Assembly (NCBI GenBank): GCA_976551045.1
Contig: CDPCPM010000074.1
Span: 6,076,001 to 6,140,000, forward strand
DNA from: Glaucostegus cemiculus
Taxonomy: Eukaryota
DNA length: 64,000 nucleotides
Direction of reading: 5' to 3'
This document shows, piece after piece, positions 36,950 to 47,153 of this stretch. The position numbers were made by a program, and so were the translations under genes. The notes beneath the pieces were generated by a model. It saw nothing but the letters and a program-made list of their open reading frames with translations. It was not told the DNA's origin and made no database searches. The stretch's first letter is position 1. Each line of letters opens with the position of its first letter.

Positions 36950-37180
36950 TTGTATTCATGGGTCTTGCAGGAAAACTCCAAGCTAAATTCCCCTGAATTC
37001 TCTGCACCTAAGGAGATGAGGATGCTTAGTCATTGAGATCAGGAGACTTCTGGCATCCAGGGGAGTCAATGAATAAGTGGATGGGGCAGGAAAATTAACT
37101 TTAAGATGGAAGATGAGCCTTGATCACGACTGGCCAAATGGATTCAAGATGTCACATGACCTGCACCTCCTCCTTCTTAT
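36950..37180 (+). mobile_element. Old CR1-clade 3' end
   Basis: GAATTCTCTGC..GAGGATGCTTAGTCATTGAG..GATGAGCCTTGATC..ATGACCTGCACCTCCTCCTTCTTAT. Confidence 0.5.
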
Positions 37181-37459
37181 ACTTAACTTGCTTTCTCCCT
37201 TGATAGATTAAGATGCTTAAGGAGTGTAGAAGTTCATACTCACCGTTGCTGGGAAGTTCACATAGGTTGGAAGGCCTTGTGAAGAGATGCCTTAGGATGC
37301 TTTCCAATACTGGGCTTCAGGAAGCCCTTTAATGAATCATCGTCTGAATAGGTAGTGAAACTAGAGATTCCAGGGAAGATCTTAGCCATAAGGAAACAAT
37401 CACAACCAAAATGGGCCTCTGACTTCCACACTGACCCACTTGGTCAGAGCCTCAGAGAG

Positions 37460-37665
37460 TTATTCCCATTCTTTATCCTCTCTCTGCCCCACTTTCTCTG
37501 CTACTGAAACCTAACTTGTTTCTATCTTTCCTAGTTCTGATGAAGGTACCCAGACCTGAACCCTTAACCGTTTCAATGTCCACAGGTATTGCTTGACCTG
37601 CAGAGTGTTTCCAGCACTTTGTTTTAATTTCATTTTTCCAATATCTGCAGTTTTTTGATTTCTCT
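37460..37665 (+). mobile_element. PLE terminal repeat with the best-preserved hammerhead remnant
   Basis: AGTT-CTGATGA-AGGT-ACCCAG-ACCT-GAA-CCCT-T-AAC at 37533-37568, then CCACAGGTATTGCTTGACCTGC..ATCTGCAGTTTTTT. Confidence 0.78.
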
Positions 37666-37779
37666 TCACTCCAGTGGTTGTGTTTTACTGATTATACATT
37701 TCCTCTGATAGTTGTTTTCAACTTGATAGTTAGTCACAAAATTCTTTTCTAATGAGATCTTTATTCAACTGCTTCTGCT

Positions 37780-38185
37780 GTTTTGTCACCTCCCATTTCT
37801 TCCTTGGCCACTCAACCAATCATCCCTAAGGCTCCATCCTACCTAAGCCCTTACCCTGATCTTTCTCTGGTTTTCCATCTGTTGCTCTTTGTGCCCTTGC
37901 TGGGCTTATCTTCTCCTTTGATCCAAATCCCAGTTTGCTTATGACCAAACTTCCTTTTAGCCACCATTATTCTTTAAGGCCTTCAAAACCAGACATCACT
38001 TTCATCATCAACAAAGAGCCTCCATCCTGGCAAACCACTATCCGATTTCCACTCTCCCTCCTTCTCCAAAGTCTTTGAAGGTGTTGTTGCATTTAAAATC
38101 CACGCAATGTCTCTTGCAACTTCCTTGTTGAATCATTTCACTTTGGTTCACTCCACCACAGGATCAAAACTGCCCTAACCAACAA
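37780..38185 (+). mobile_element. L2-clade LINE RT N-terminal fragment
   Basis: Remnants DP.P, FK..IT, LAN.YPIS.LP..SKVFE.VVA, HHR..TAL of RT domains 1-2. Confidence 0.7.
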
Positions 38186-38784
38186 CTTGCATTTACTTTG
38201 CTCCTTTGGAAGTAGGAAAGTGCCCTTATGAGACCATTATGAAATAAAATTTGATTCCAAGCTGCATAAGATGATGTCTAGTTGAACAGTTAAGTTTTGA
38301 AGCGTGACTTTAGACAACAGGGCTAGGGAAGAAAATTCCAGAATTAGATTCCAGACAGCTGAAAATATGGTTTGTAAAGGTGGAGTGAAAAGTGAAGATA
38401 TGCAGATGGAACAGCAATAGAGTAGGGCAGAATTTTGGCAGGTTATAAGTTTGGTGAGGCTTATAGAGATAAGGGGTGGGCGGTTTGGAGGAAGGTGATG
38501 GGAATGTGAGTTGTTGAGGTCCTGGAAATATTTTAGTACTGAGAGTTTGCCAGAATGAAATCAAATGCAGGTCAGAAAGCACAGGAGTGTTGCATGCTTC
38601 AGAGTCATAAATCAAACATGAGGAGTGATATCGTCCATACATGACTCTACAGTAATAAGACAGTCATAATTGGCTTTACCAGTATAGGTTTAGCAATAAC
38701 AATATTGCTCCAAAAGGATTAATTGTAGCAAGATTAGATACTTTCACTCATTTTGGGAGTTCATCTTTTAACATAGATTGTGAA

Positions 38785-39090
38785 CTCAAGAATTTCTCTA
38801 CTCCTCCAATTCTGACCTCTTGCTGATTCCGTATGTTAATTATTCCATTGGAAGCCATTCTTTCAGCTGCCAGGGCCTTAACCTTTGGAATTCCTTCCCT
38901 AGGCTTCCCAACTAGTATTTCTTCTTTATAAACATTTGTTAAAACCTAAATTTTTGTCAAACCTTTTGGTTCTGTTCCCTAATGTTTTTTTATGTGGCTT
39001 AGAGTCAAATGTTGTTTGATAACACTTCTGTGAATTGCCTTGGGATGTTTTACTGTACAAATGTATTTTGAGAATGAAGATTGTTACTTA
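38785..39090 (+). mobile_element. L2-clade LINE 3' end
   Basis: IGSHSFSCQG.NLWNSFP..F..FVKT remnant; tail TGCCTTGGGATGTTTTACTGT. Confidence 0.7.
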
Positions 39091-39251
39091 TTGTTGTGGA
39101 AGTATCTCCTTTCCACTCCCTTCTAAATGATATATGAAGTGTTATATTAAAATTGTGTTTGAACTTTGACTGGAATTCAGTGAATAGCTCTGGTCATCTC
39201 ATTGCAAAAATATCCAAAGAACATGCAAAAAAAGATTTGCAAGGATGATAT

Positions 39252-39585
39252 TAGTTCCATCATGGGCACAACCCTCCCTGCCATAAAAGCATCTATCATT
39301 AAGGATCCTGACCACCCGGGACATACCCTCTTCTCGTTACTAACATCAGGCAGGAGGTACCTGAAGACCCACACTCAATGTTTCAGTAATAGCTTCTTCC
39401 CCTCCGCCATCAGATTTCTCAACAGTCCATGAACCCATGAACACTACCTCACTATTCCTTTTTTGCACTATTTATTTATTTTTGTAAATTGTAGTAATTT
39501 TTATGTCTTGCACTGTATTGCTGCCACAAAACAACAAATTTCAGGGCATATATCAGTGCTAATAAAGCTGATTCTAATTTTGATA
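39252..39585 (+). mobile_element. Rex1/Babar-type LINE 3' end
   Basis: ORF 39202-39432 ASIIKDPDHPGHTLFSLLTSGRR..NSFFPSAIRFLNSP; 3' UTR as at 1230-1375. Confidence 0.9.
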
Positions 39586-39712
39586 TGAGAATTTAAACCT
39601 GTTAGAAATCATTGAACAGGTGGGGTTCTTTATAGAAAGGAAAAGTTGAGTTGTGATAAGATAAAGGTCTTTAAGATAGTGACAGGGTTTGACGGATGGA
39701 TGTCAGGAAGAT

Positions 39713-40073
39713 AGAGTCAGAGAATCATGAAGAGATACAGCACGGAATACAGCCCAACAAGTCTGTGCCAACCTTCAACCACCTATCTACACTAATCCTA
39801 CATTAATCTCATTTTTATACTCCCCACATTCTTTCAACTCTACCCCAGATTCTACCAACAACCTACATACTGGAGGCAATTTACAGTGGCCAATTAACCA
39901 ATCAACCTGCACATCTTTGGGATGTGGGAGGAAACTGAAGCACTCAGAGGAAACCCACTCAGTTACAGGATGAATGTGCAAATTCAATACAGACAGCACC
40001 CCCATTCAGCACTGAACCCAGGTCTCTGGCATTGTAAGGCATCTGCTCCACCAGCTGTGTCACTGTGGCACCC
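39713..40073 (-). mobile_element. HE1-like V-SINE
   Basis: GGCAATTTACAGTGGCCAATTAACC..TTTGGGATGTGGGAGGAAAC..CACTGTGGCACCC. Confidence 0.9.
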
Positions 40074-40310
40074 AAAGTCAAAGATGAATTTATTGTCATG
40101 TGCACAATTACATTTATGTACAGGTGCAATGAAAAACTTGCAGCAGCATCGAACGCAAAGCATCATATAAGCAGCATTCACAAGAAAAACATAAACATTA
40201 ATTGTACACAATTTTTACAAGAAAGAACACAATGAGAACAAAAAGGAACAACGTCCATTTCTGTGCAAAATGATCAATGTGGTCATAGTGTTGCTAAACT
40301 GTAGTGATGT
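40074..40310 (-). mobile_element. Probable LINE 3' UTR (Rex1/Babar-like)
   Basis: Starts AAGTCAAAGATGAATTTATTGTCATGTGCAC, i.e. ..TGACAATAAATTC on minus, like other Rex-type tails. Confidence 0.55.
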
Positions 40311-43300
40311 TTCTATTTGTGAGAGTGATCAAAATTAAGGGTAATTAGTATACATCAACAATGAAACTAGAAGGAATTACTGCCAAAAGAGGGGCTAGGA
40401 TATGAAATATCCTGCCACTTAGGATGGTTGGAGGACAAAATTAGGAGACAAGAAATAGATTGCCAGCATGTTTCTTTGCTTTACATTCTATGTCATTCCA
40501 TACATGCTAGGAGCCATCTCTGAAAGATGCAGTAATATGTTATTGAAATGTAACTCTGGCCTTTCATTCCCTTCCTTCTCCCAGTGTGACCAAGTGAAAA
40601 TGGTGATCTCACTGTGGTGTGAAATGTTTTTCAAATCTGGAATCCCAATTTGTGTCTCCAAGACACAAGTCCAAATTCTTTAAGCTGTAGCTGCCAGGCC
40701 ACATCTTCTAGTGACATGCAGCAAACTCCCTCAGTAATCCCTCCAACACTTCCACTAACTTGTTTATCCAAGGCTCAGCTTCCTCTTTAAATTTGGAGAT
40801 TCTTATACAAATGTTTAAGGTGGAGGATAAACATTGTTTCCTTCTTGTGCTCCCTCCTAGGCCTCATTGTGTGTTGATAGCTGCAGTAAACTGAATGTGT
40901 CACCCTCTCCCACCACCACTCCCCACCCCCCCATCAACCCAACGCCGCTTCCCTATGGTATGTCTGTGTGATAACGATCAGTGTTTACAGCCAAGGAAAG
41001 AGGGAGTCCTTCTTGTTTATGCAATTGGCCCATTTGTGTCAGTGTTTTCAAACTGTGACCAATTTTCTCAATCTGTAGGTCTGATGATTTCCAGAACAAA
41101 CAAAATACAAGATGATGATTTGTGTTTGTAGATTGAGTGCACACGTATTTATCCATCAGCAGTGGGGGCCATGTTCTTTAAGCACATTATCCAAATGGTT
41201 TCCAGAAAATAATGGGCAAAACTCCAATGATACATTATTGAGAGCAGTGTCCAAAGAACATGATGATGGAGCAGCGTACAAATTGCCCTAAACAATTGCA
41301 GCAGTCCTATCCAGGAGATCATCACATGAAAAAAGTGGCCATCCATCACGTCGCCACAATCGTTCTGACATGAAGTCATCATTAATTATTCTGGTTACTC
41401 CTCAGATGTGTGTTTTTCTCTCTTTTTTTAATGTCAATAATTTCCAAATGTTTCCTATTTGACCAGCAGATCTTGCAATAGGCCATGGGAATGTTTAATT
41501 GGTTTTTAATGAACTCTCGCATTGCAGATGTGGGTGAATGTCTAACAGGTGCTTGCGTTGATCTGAGAATTATATCTTTCTGAAGTGGGGTGTGATGGTT
41601 AAAAATAAAAGGAGGTCGCAGCTGCACCACAGTTAAAGCAGGTCAAGTTTTATTGGAAAGTGGTATCGACTCACCACAGGTTGCCTTCAGCTGTTTTTTG
41701 TTGAGGAAATTAAAATAATTTTTAAAAACGTTTGGAGCTGACGAGATTTATGTACTGCAGTGGACAACCTTGAGTGCAGCTGCATGGTGCGGCCTCCATA
41801 TTAAAAGCAGATGATATTTAGTCACCACAAGAGTGTAGCATTCACGCTGTCGTACATCTTGCTAAGAAGGTGCACTGCAAATGTCAGACTAGGGTTGAAA
41901 GAACTGCTTCAAAAGGACTCCAAAGGCTTCAATAAATTAGATTGAATGGCTAGGCCATTTTTATTAAAAGATATTGTTCATTATATCAACACAATAGGGT
42001 TGATTTTGACTTTGTGCAGTACTGTGAAACACGTGACAGCAAATTAGCAACCTGTGTTGCATCTCCCACAATTTTTATTTCCATTTACCTCAGTGGGAAT
42101 GAAAGCTGTGAAGGATGTAAACCGAGCCGCCAATTTGATGTCACCTGCTTTAAACCTGCACACAAAACCAAATCTCCACCAATTATTTTACCCACCTGAA
42201 GGATTTAAGAAAATGTAATGGGATACCCATATGATGCCTAGCATAATTTGAAGTATCTGTATACACTGTAGAGCTGCAGACGTTATAATGATTGAAAAAA
42301 ATGTGCTCCCCTTTGTGTGTGGTACAATGAGCAAAGAACTCAGATTCAACCTCTTATCTATGTTGCTTGTAGAGTATCAAATCTGGATCCTATAAACTGC
42401 TGGAACATCCTTTGGTTTGGAACAAAGAGAGAACTTAGTTGCTGTGGACGACTGCCTTGTGTTGGAAGGAGGCTGCAAAGTATGAAGGTGAGATTATGAC
42501 AAAATTATTATTTCCCAAACCACACCCATCCCTCCCCTCCCCGAAAGTGGCAGCTCTCTCTGCTGGGTATTAAAAATATTTTTACTTTGGAACCACTGGG
42601 ATATTGTCAAGGCTCATGGATTTGTTGGCCAGACTGAGTTACCACGTTCAGGATGAGACAAGGACAGAGAGAAAAAAATTAAGTGGTGTTGGTGGGGGAA
42701 CTGGAAGGATTAAGGAAAAGCAAAGTTGTAGTATTATTAATTGGATATTGTTTGAAAAAATGTTCTAAATATGAATTTCAAAGAATATACATCTGTGAAA
42801 CATTAGTATAACTGTTAATACTAAACAGCTGCTACTGACCTAAATGCTTCATCTAAAATAACAACACCACAGTTGGTATTTTAAACATGTCCAGCTTCCC
42901 AATGGAAGTCATAGGGGAAAATGACCTGCTGGTTCTGATTAATTTCAACAATACTTACCACTGCATTGAATAACAGCATTGATTATGGAGGACCTTTGTT
43001 ATTTTAAATGTGTGAAATCTTTTACAGGGCTGGTGTGTGCAGCAATGCTGACAAAATTTTATCAACAAACTTCATGTCTTATGCATATTGCAGAATTCAA
43101 ACTATTGTCCTTTACTTTTTGTTTTTGTTTTAAATTCAATCAGAGAATTGGGACCAAAGCCACTGCTTTTCTCAATCAAATTGTCAGTAACATCTGAGAA
43201 TGTTGAAAGAAAAATAATCTGTTTTTGATTAAATAAATCTAAAGTACTACATTTTTTTAACGTATCAGAAAGCACATCCTAGGTAAATAAGCAGATCCTT

Positions 43301-43712
43301 TTTGTATGTCTAATTATTCATTTTCATTTTTGTGTTCATTAAATTGAAGGTTTTAAACATTGGACAGCTGAGATTTGTCCCCATTTTATATCTGCCAATG
43401 CTTCAAAAGCAAGAATTGTTTTGTATTAAGCAATATTTTTGCCTTGTTTGATTTTTACTACCTTTAACCACATCCGTGAAAAAGACATAAACCACTTGAA
43501 TTAGTAAACTTTGCATATAGGTTTGAATTCACTATCCTGTAAAATATTCAGTAGTCTAGTGATAGAGAAAGTTATTTCAGAGCACTTACATCTGTAGAAA
43601 TCTGATTCAATTGTTCATTGCTAGACTTGCAGGGTTTTGACATTCTACTTCCAATGGTATCGAACTCCAGTTGTCCACAAATGAAGACACCAGACTCCGA
43701 TCAGTTATGGGT

Positions 43713-44062
43713 ACCCTTCCCATCAGGCAGAAGACACAAAAGCCTGAAAGCACGTACTACCAGGCTCAAAGACAGCTTCTATCCCGCTGTTATAAGTCTA
43801 TTGAACAGACTACTGAACGATAAGATGGACTCTTAACCTCACAATGTACCTCGTCATGGCCTTGAACATGATTGCCTGCCTGCACTGCACTTTCCCTGTA
43901 ACTGTGACTGTAACACTATATTCTGCATTCTGTTATTGCTTTTCCCTTGTACTACCTTGATGTACTGATATGATGAAATGATCTGTATGGGTGGCACGCA
44001 AAACAAAGTTTTTCACTGTACTTTGGTACACATGACAATAATAAACCAATTTACCAATTTAA
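43713..44062 (+). mobile_element. Rex1/Babar-type LINE 3' end
   Basis: PSGRRHKSLKARTTRLKDSFYPAVISLLN; tail TTTCACTGTACTTTGGTACACATGACAATAATAAACC. Confidence 0.9.
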
Positions 44063-44447
44063 TTTACTTTAAATCTGAGCTACCCAAAGTTTGTATGCTT
44101 TTTTTCAGCTCAGATTAATCATCATGAATTTGAACAATTCTATCTGCTTATAAAAGTGAAGAAAACACATATGACAATAAATTCCAATGATCCATGTTTC
44201 ATTTGTGTCCGGTAGATTCAAAATTAACGTTGGATGATCTTGTTAGCATTTGTCTTGCCTGTGACAAGTTTCAACATTAAATGTAATTCCATAACAAGTT
44301 ATATGAAAACTTTCTCTGGTAACGGGACAAGAACCGGACAAAATTTTACTGTTGCTGCTTGCATCAGCAAATGCTAATACAGACAACATTCATGCAATAA
44401 ACTCCCTTATAAGTCTATATAAATCATTACTCAGATTTTCCATTTAG

Positions 44448-44810
44448 GTCTCACCATAAGAAATTACAATTCAGCTTGCGAGACCAAATCACTATTGACC
44501 CCACATAATTACCATGGTTGGCAATATTACTGCACTTTGGGTAAGCTCCAGACATTAGAAATGGATTTGATTGGGAGTTCACTGGCTGGGACAGAAAACC
44601 CTGTGGTCCTGAAAGATTTAAATGATTGCAACAATTTAAAGATCCAGACGTCATCATTAATATCTGTGTTAGGAAAAGGTCTAAGGTTGCCAATAGCTGT
44701 CTGCTCTGGGAGTGCTTCCATATCATATGATGAAGCAATGGAAAAACTGCTGTACTTACTGTCAAAGGAGGGTGAGAGCACAGAGCAATGTAGGACTGCT
44801 CAGGGCACTG
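44448..44810 (+). CDS. Candidate internal coding exon (363 bp, phase 1-1), product unknown
   Basis: Acceptor ATTTTCCATTTAG at 44447, donor CTG/GTAAGT at 44811, open frame across the whole interval, in-frame stops just outside (44420, 44816); no family recognised. Confidence 0.4.
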
Positions 44811-44879
44811 GTAAGTGATCGCCAGGGACGTGAGTTCCAGCCCTACTGCTCATTGGTTAGGCAGTGTCGAAGCTTCAAT

Positions 44880-45062
44880 GGAGTCACAAGAGACTGCTGC
44901 AACAAACAGTCTGCTGGAGGACCTCAGCAGATCGAGCAGCATCTGTGGAGGGTAAAGGAAATATCAACGATTTGAGTCGAAACTCAGAAACACCGACAAC
45001 TCTTTTCTCCCCATAGATGCTGCTCGACTTGCTGAGTTCCCCCAGTAGATTGCTTGTTGCTT
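44880..45062. repeat. Fold-back PLE terminal repeat
   Basis: GCAACAAACAGTCTGCTGG..TCGAGCAGCATCTGTGG / CCATAGATGCTGCTCGA..CCAGTAGATTGCTTGTTGC. Confidence 0.82.
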
Positions 45063-45424
45063 CAAAACTTTGTTAACCTCATTAAAGAAGCCATCAATAC
45101 CAAATGCTTTCTATCCAAAATATCTTCTAATTCCAAAGGTGGCTAAACACACTGTTACAATTTTATAAAATTTCACATCAAATGCCTGGAGACTGTTCTA
45201 TGCATACTTTAAAATTTATCCACTCCAAGCCTTGTGTCTTTTCACCCCCAGTCACTGGAAGGCTAGAGGACCAGATCTTCCAATGTCTCCAAGATCACTG
45301 GATGCCTGCTCTTGGATCCTACTGTTTCTTCTAGTGTGATCGCAGGCGCAATCGTTCACAGTGAGGCAGGCTCTCAGTCCATCAGCAGGGCCTAAAGTAG
45401 CTCAAGGCCTCCCCCAGTATGTGG

Positions 45425-45520
45425 CTATTGTCCAGATGAAGGACCCAAAATCTTGACTGTCCATTTTCCTGCATGGATGCTGCCTGACCCCCTGAGTTCC
45501 TTCAACATCTTGTGTGTTGT
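45425..45520 (+). mobile_element. PLE terminal repeat fragment
   Basis: GTCCAGATGAAGG..TTGACTG..GGATGCTGCCTGACC..CTGAGTTCCTTCAACAT. Confidence 0.6.
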
Positions 45521-46053
45521 CACTGAATTAATGGCTTTGACAGCTAATGAGGCCCCACCGCCAGATGCATCAGCCACCAAAGCTGTTAATGAAGTTCAAT
45601 GTTTGTGAATCTATGATTTTCACAAACATTCAAAAGCAATGGGTGTTCAAAGATTATCCGTATCAAACATTAAAGGATATATTTCGGAACGTAATGAAAC
45701 ACCAAAAACACTCACACTCCCCTTGAAACAACAAAGTCAATTTGAAGCAGCTGAATTAAATAAAATGAAAAGTTCTTCTTGCCATTCTTCCAGCTGTCTT
45801 TTTTTTCTCCGTGGCACTGCTTACTCGTGCCAGGTTTAACGCAGCATAAGCTCAGTATGCGTATTTCCCATCTCTAGAGTTAGCATGGCTGCAGAAGACT
45901 TCATAGCAAGCTTCGGCACAACTTTGTGGGCCGAAGGGCCTGAATTGTGCTATAGGTATCTATGTTCTATGTTCAAACTGCGCAGTGCAGGGGAACCAGG
46001 AAATGGGTTATGTTCAACCTGGCACTTGTCAGGAAGATTTGCCCCATTATTTT

Positions 46054-46355
46054 GGGGTGGCACAGTGGCACACCTAGTAGAGCTGCTGCCTCACAACTCC
46101 ATCCAGCAGAGCCCAATTCTGACCTCTGGTGCTGTTTGTGTGGAGTTTGTACATTTTCCCTGTGATTGGGTGGTGCCCAAAGACATGAGCGTTGTTACGT
46201 TAATTGACCACTATAAATTGCCCCAAGTGTAAGTGGATCGTAGAATTTGGGGGTAGTTAATGGGAATGTGGGGAAAATTAGTGTGGGATTGGGATTGTTC
46301 TGTGAGCCAGCACAGATATGATGTGACAAATGGTCTCCTTCTATGTTGTAAGGAA
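46054..46355 (+). mobile_element. HE1-like V-SINE
   Basis: GGGGTGGCACAGTGGC..GTAGAGCTGCTGCCTCACA..TGTGGAGTTTGTACATT..TTAATTGACCACTATAAATTGCCCC. Confidence 0.87.
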
Positions 46356-46662
46356 ACACAGAGACAACCTCCTTGGCTTTTACAGTGTGCTAATTTGAGG
46401 GCAGGACTTTCCCAGATGCCGAAGCTTTCATTTCCACCTCTCGGTCTGGAATCTGGGATTCAGAGAAGCAGCAAGGTAAGCCCTCTGCACCCAGACCAGG
46501 AAAGCACAGAGGTGGGGAGATAACCAGTTGGATCTGGGATGAAGGAGATTTGGCCAGCAAGGCCTGCCTAGCTAAGCATGTGTAGTCGAGCTAATAAGCT
46601 ATTTCTGGTTGAATGCAATAGCTTTAGTGCTGTTGAATCTGTCTTTAAAATCCAGATTGTTT

Positions 46663-47153
46663 CATAGAACATAGAACAGTACAGCTCTGGACAGGCCATT
46701 GACCCTACGATGTTGTGCCGATCATGATGCCAATTTATGCTGAATGTCCTCTTCCTGTATATCATCCATTTCCCTCCGTTCCTTTCATATTTATGTGTCT
46801 ATCCAAAAGCCTCTTGAACTCCACCAAACTGCTCGCTCCGCCTGGTAACCCATTCCACACTCTGCGTAAAAAAAATTGTCCTTCACATTACCTTTAAACA
46901 TCCCCCCTCCCCGCCCTACCTAACCTTGCATGTCCTCTGGTGTTTGACATTTCTATCCTGGTGAAAAGATTCTGACTGTCAACCCTATCTATGCCTCTCA
47001 TCATTTTAAAACCCTCTATCAAGTCTCCCTTCGGTCTCTGATGCTGTAGGGAGAACAACCCAAGTTTGTCCAAGTTTTCCTTATAGCTCATACCCTCTAA
47101 TCCAGGCAGCATCCTGGTTAACCTCTTCTGCACCCTCTCCACAGTCTTCACAT
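46663..47153 (-). mobile_element. CR1-clade LINE 3' region
   Basis: ORF 46894-47151 VERVQKRLTRMLPGLEGMSYKENLDKLGLFSL..GDLIE.FKMMRGIDRVD; (CATAGAA)n tail. Confidence 0.92.
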
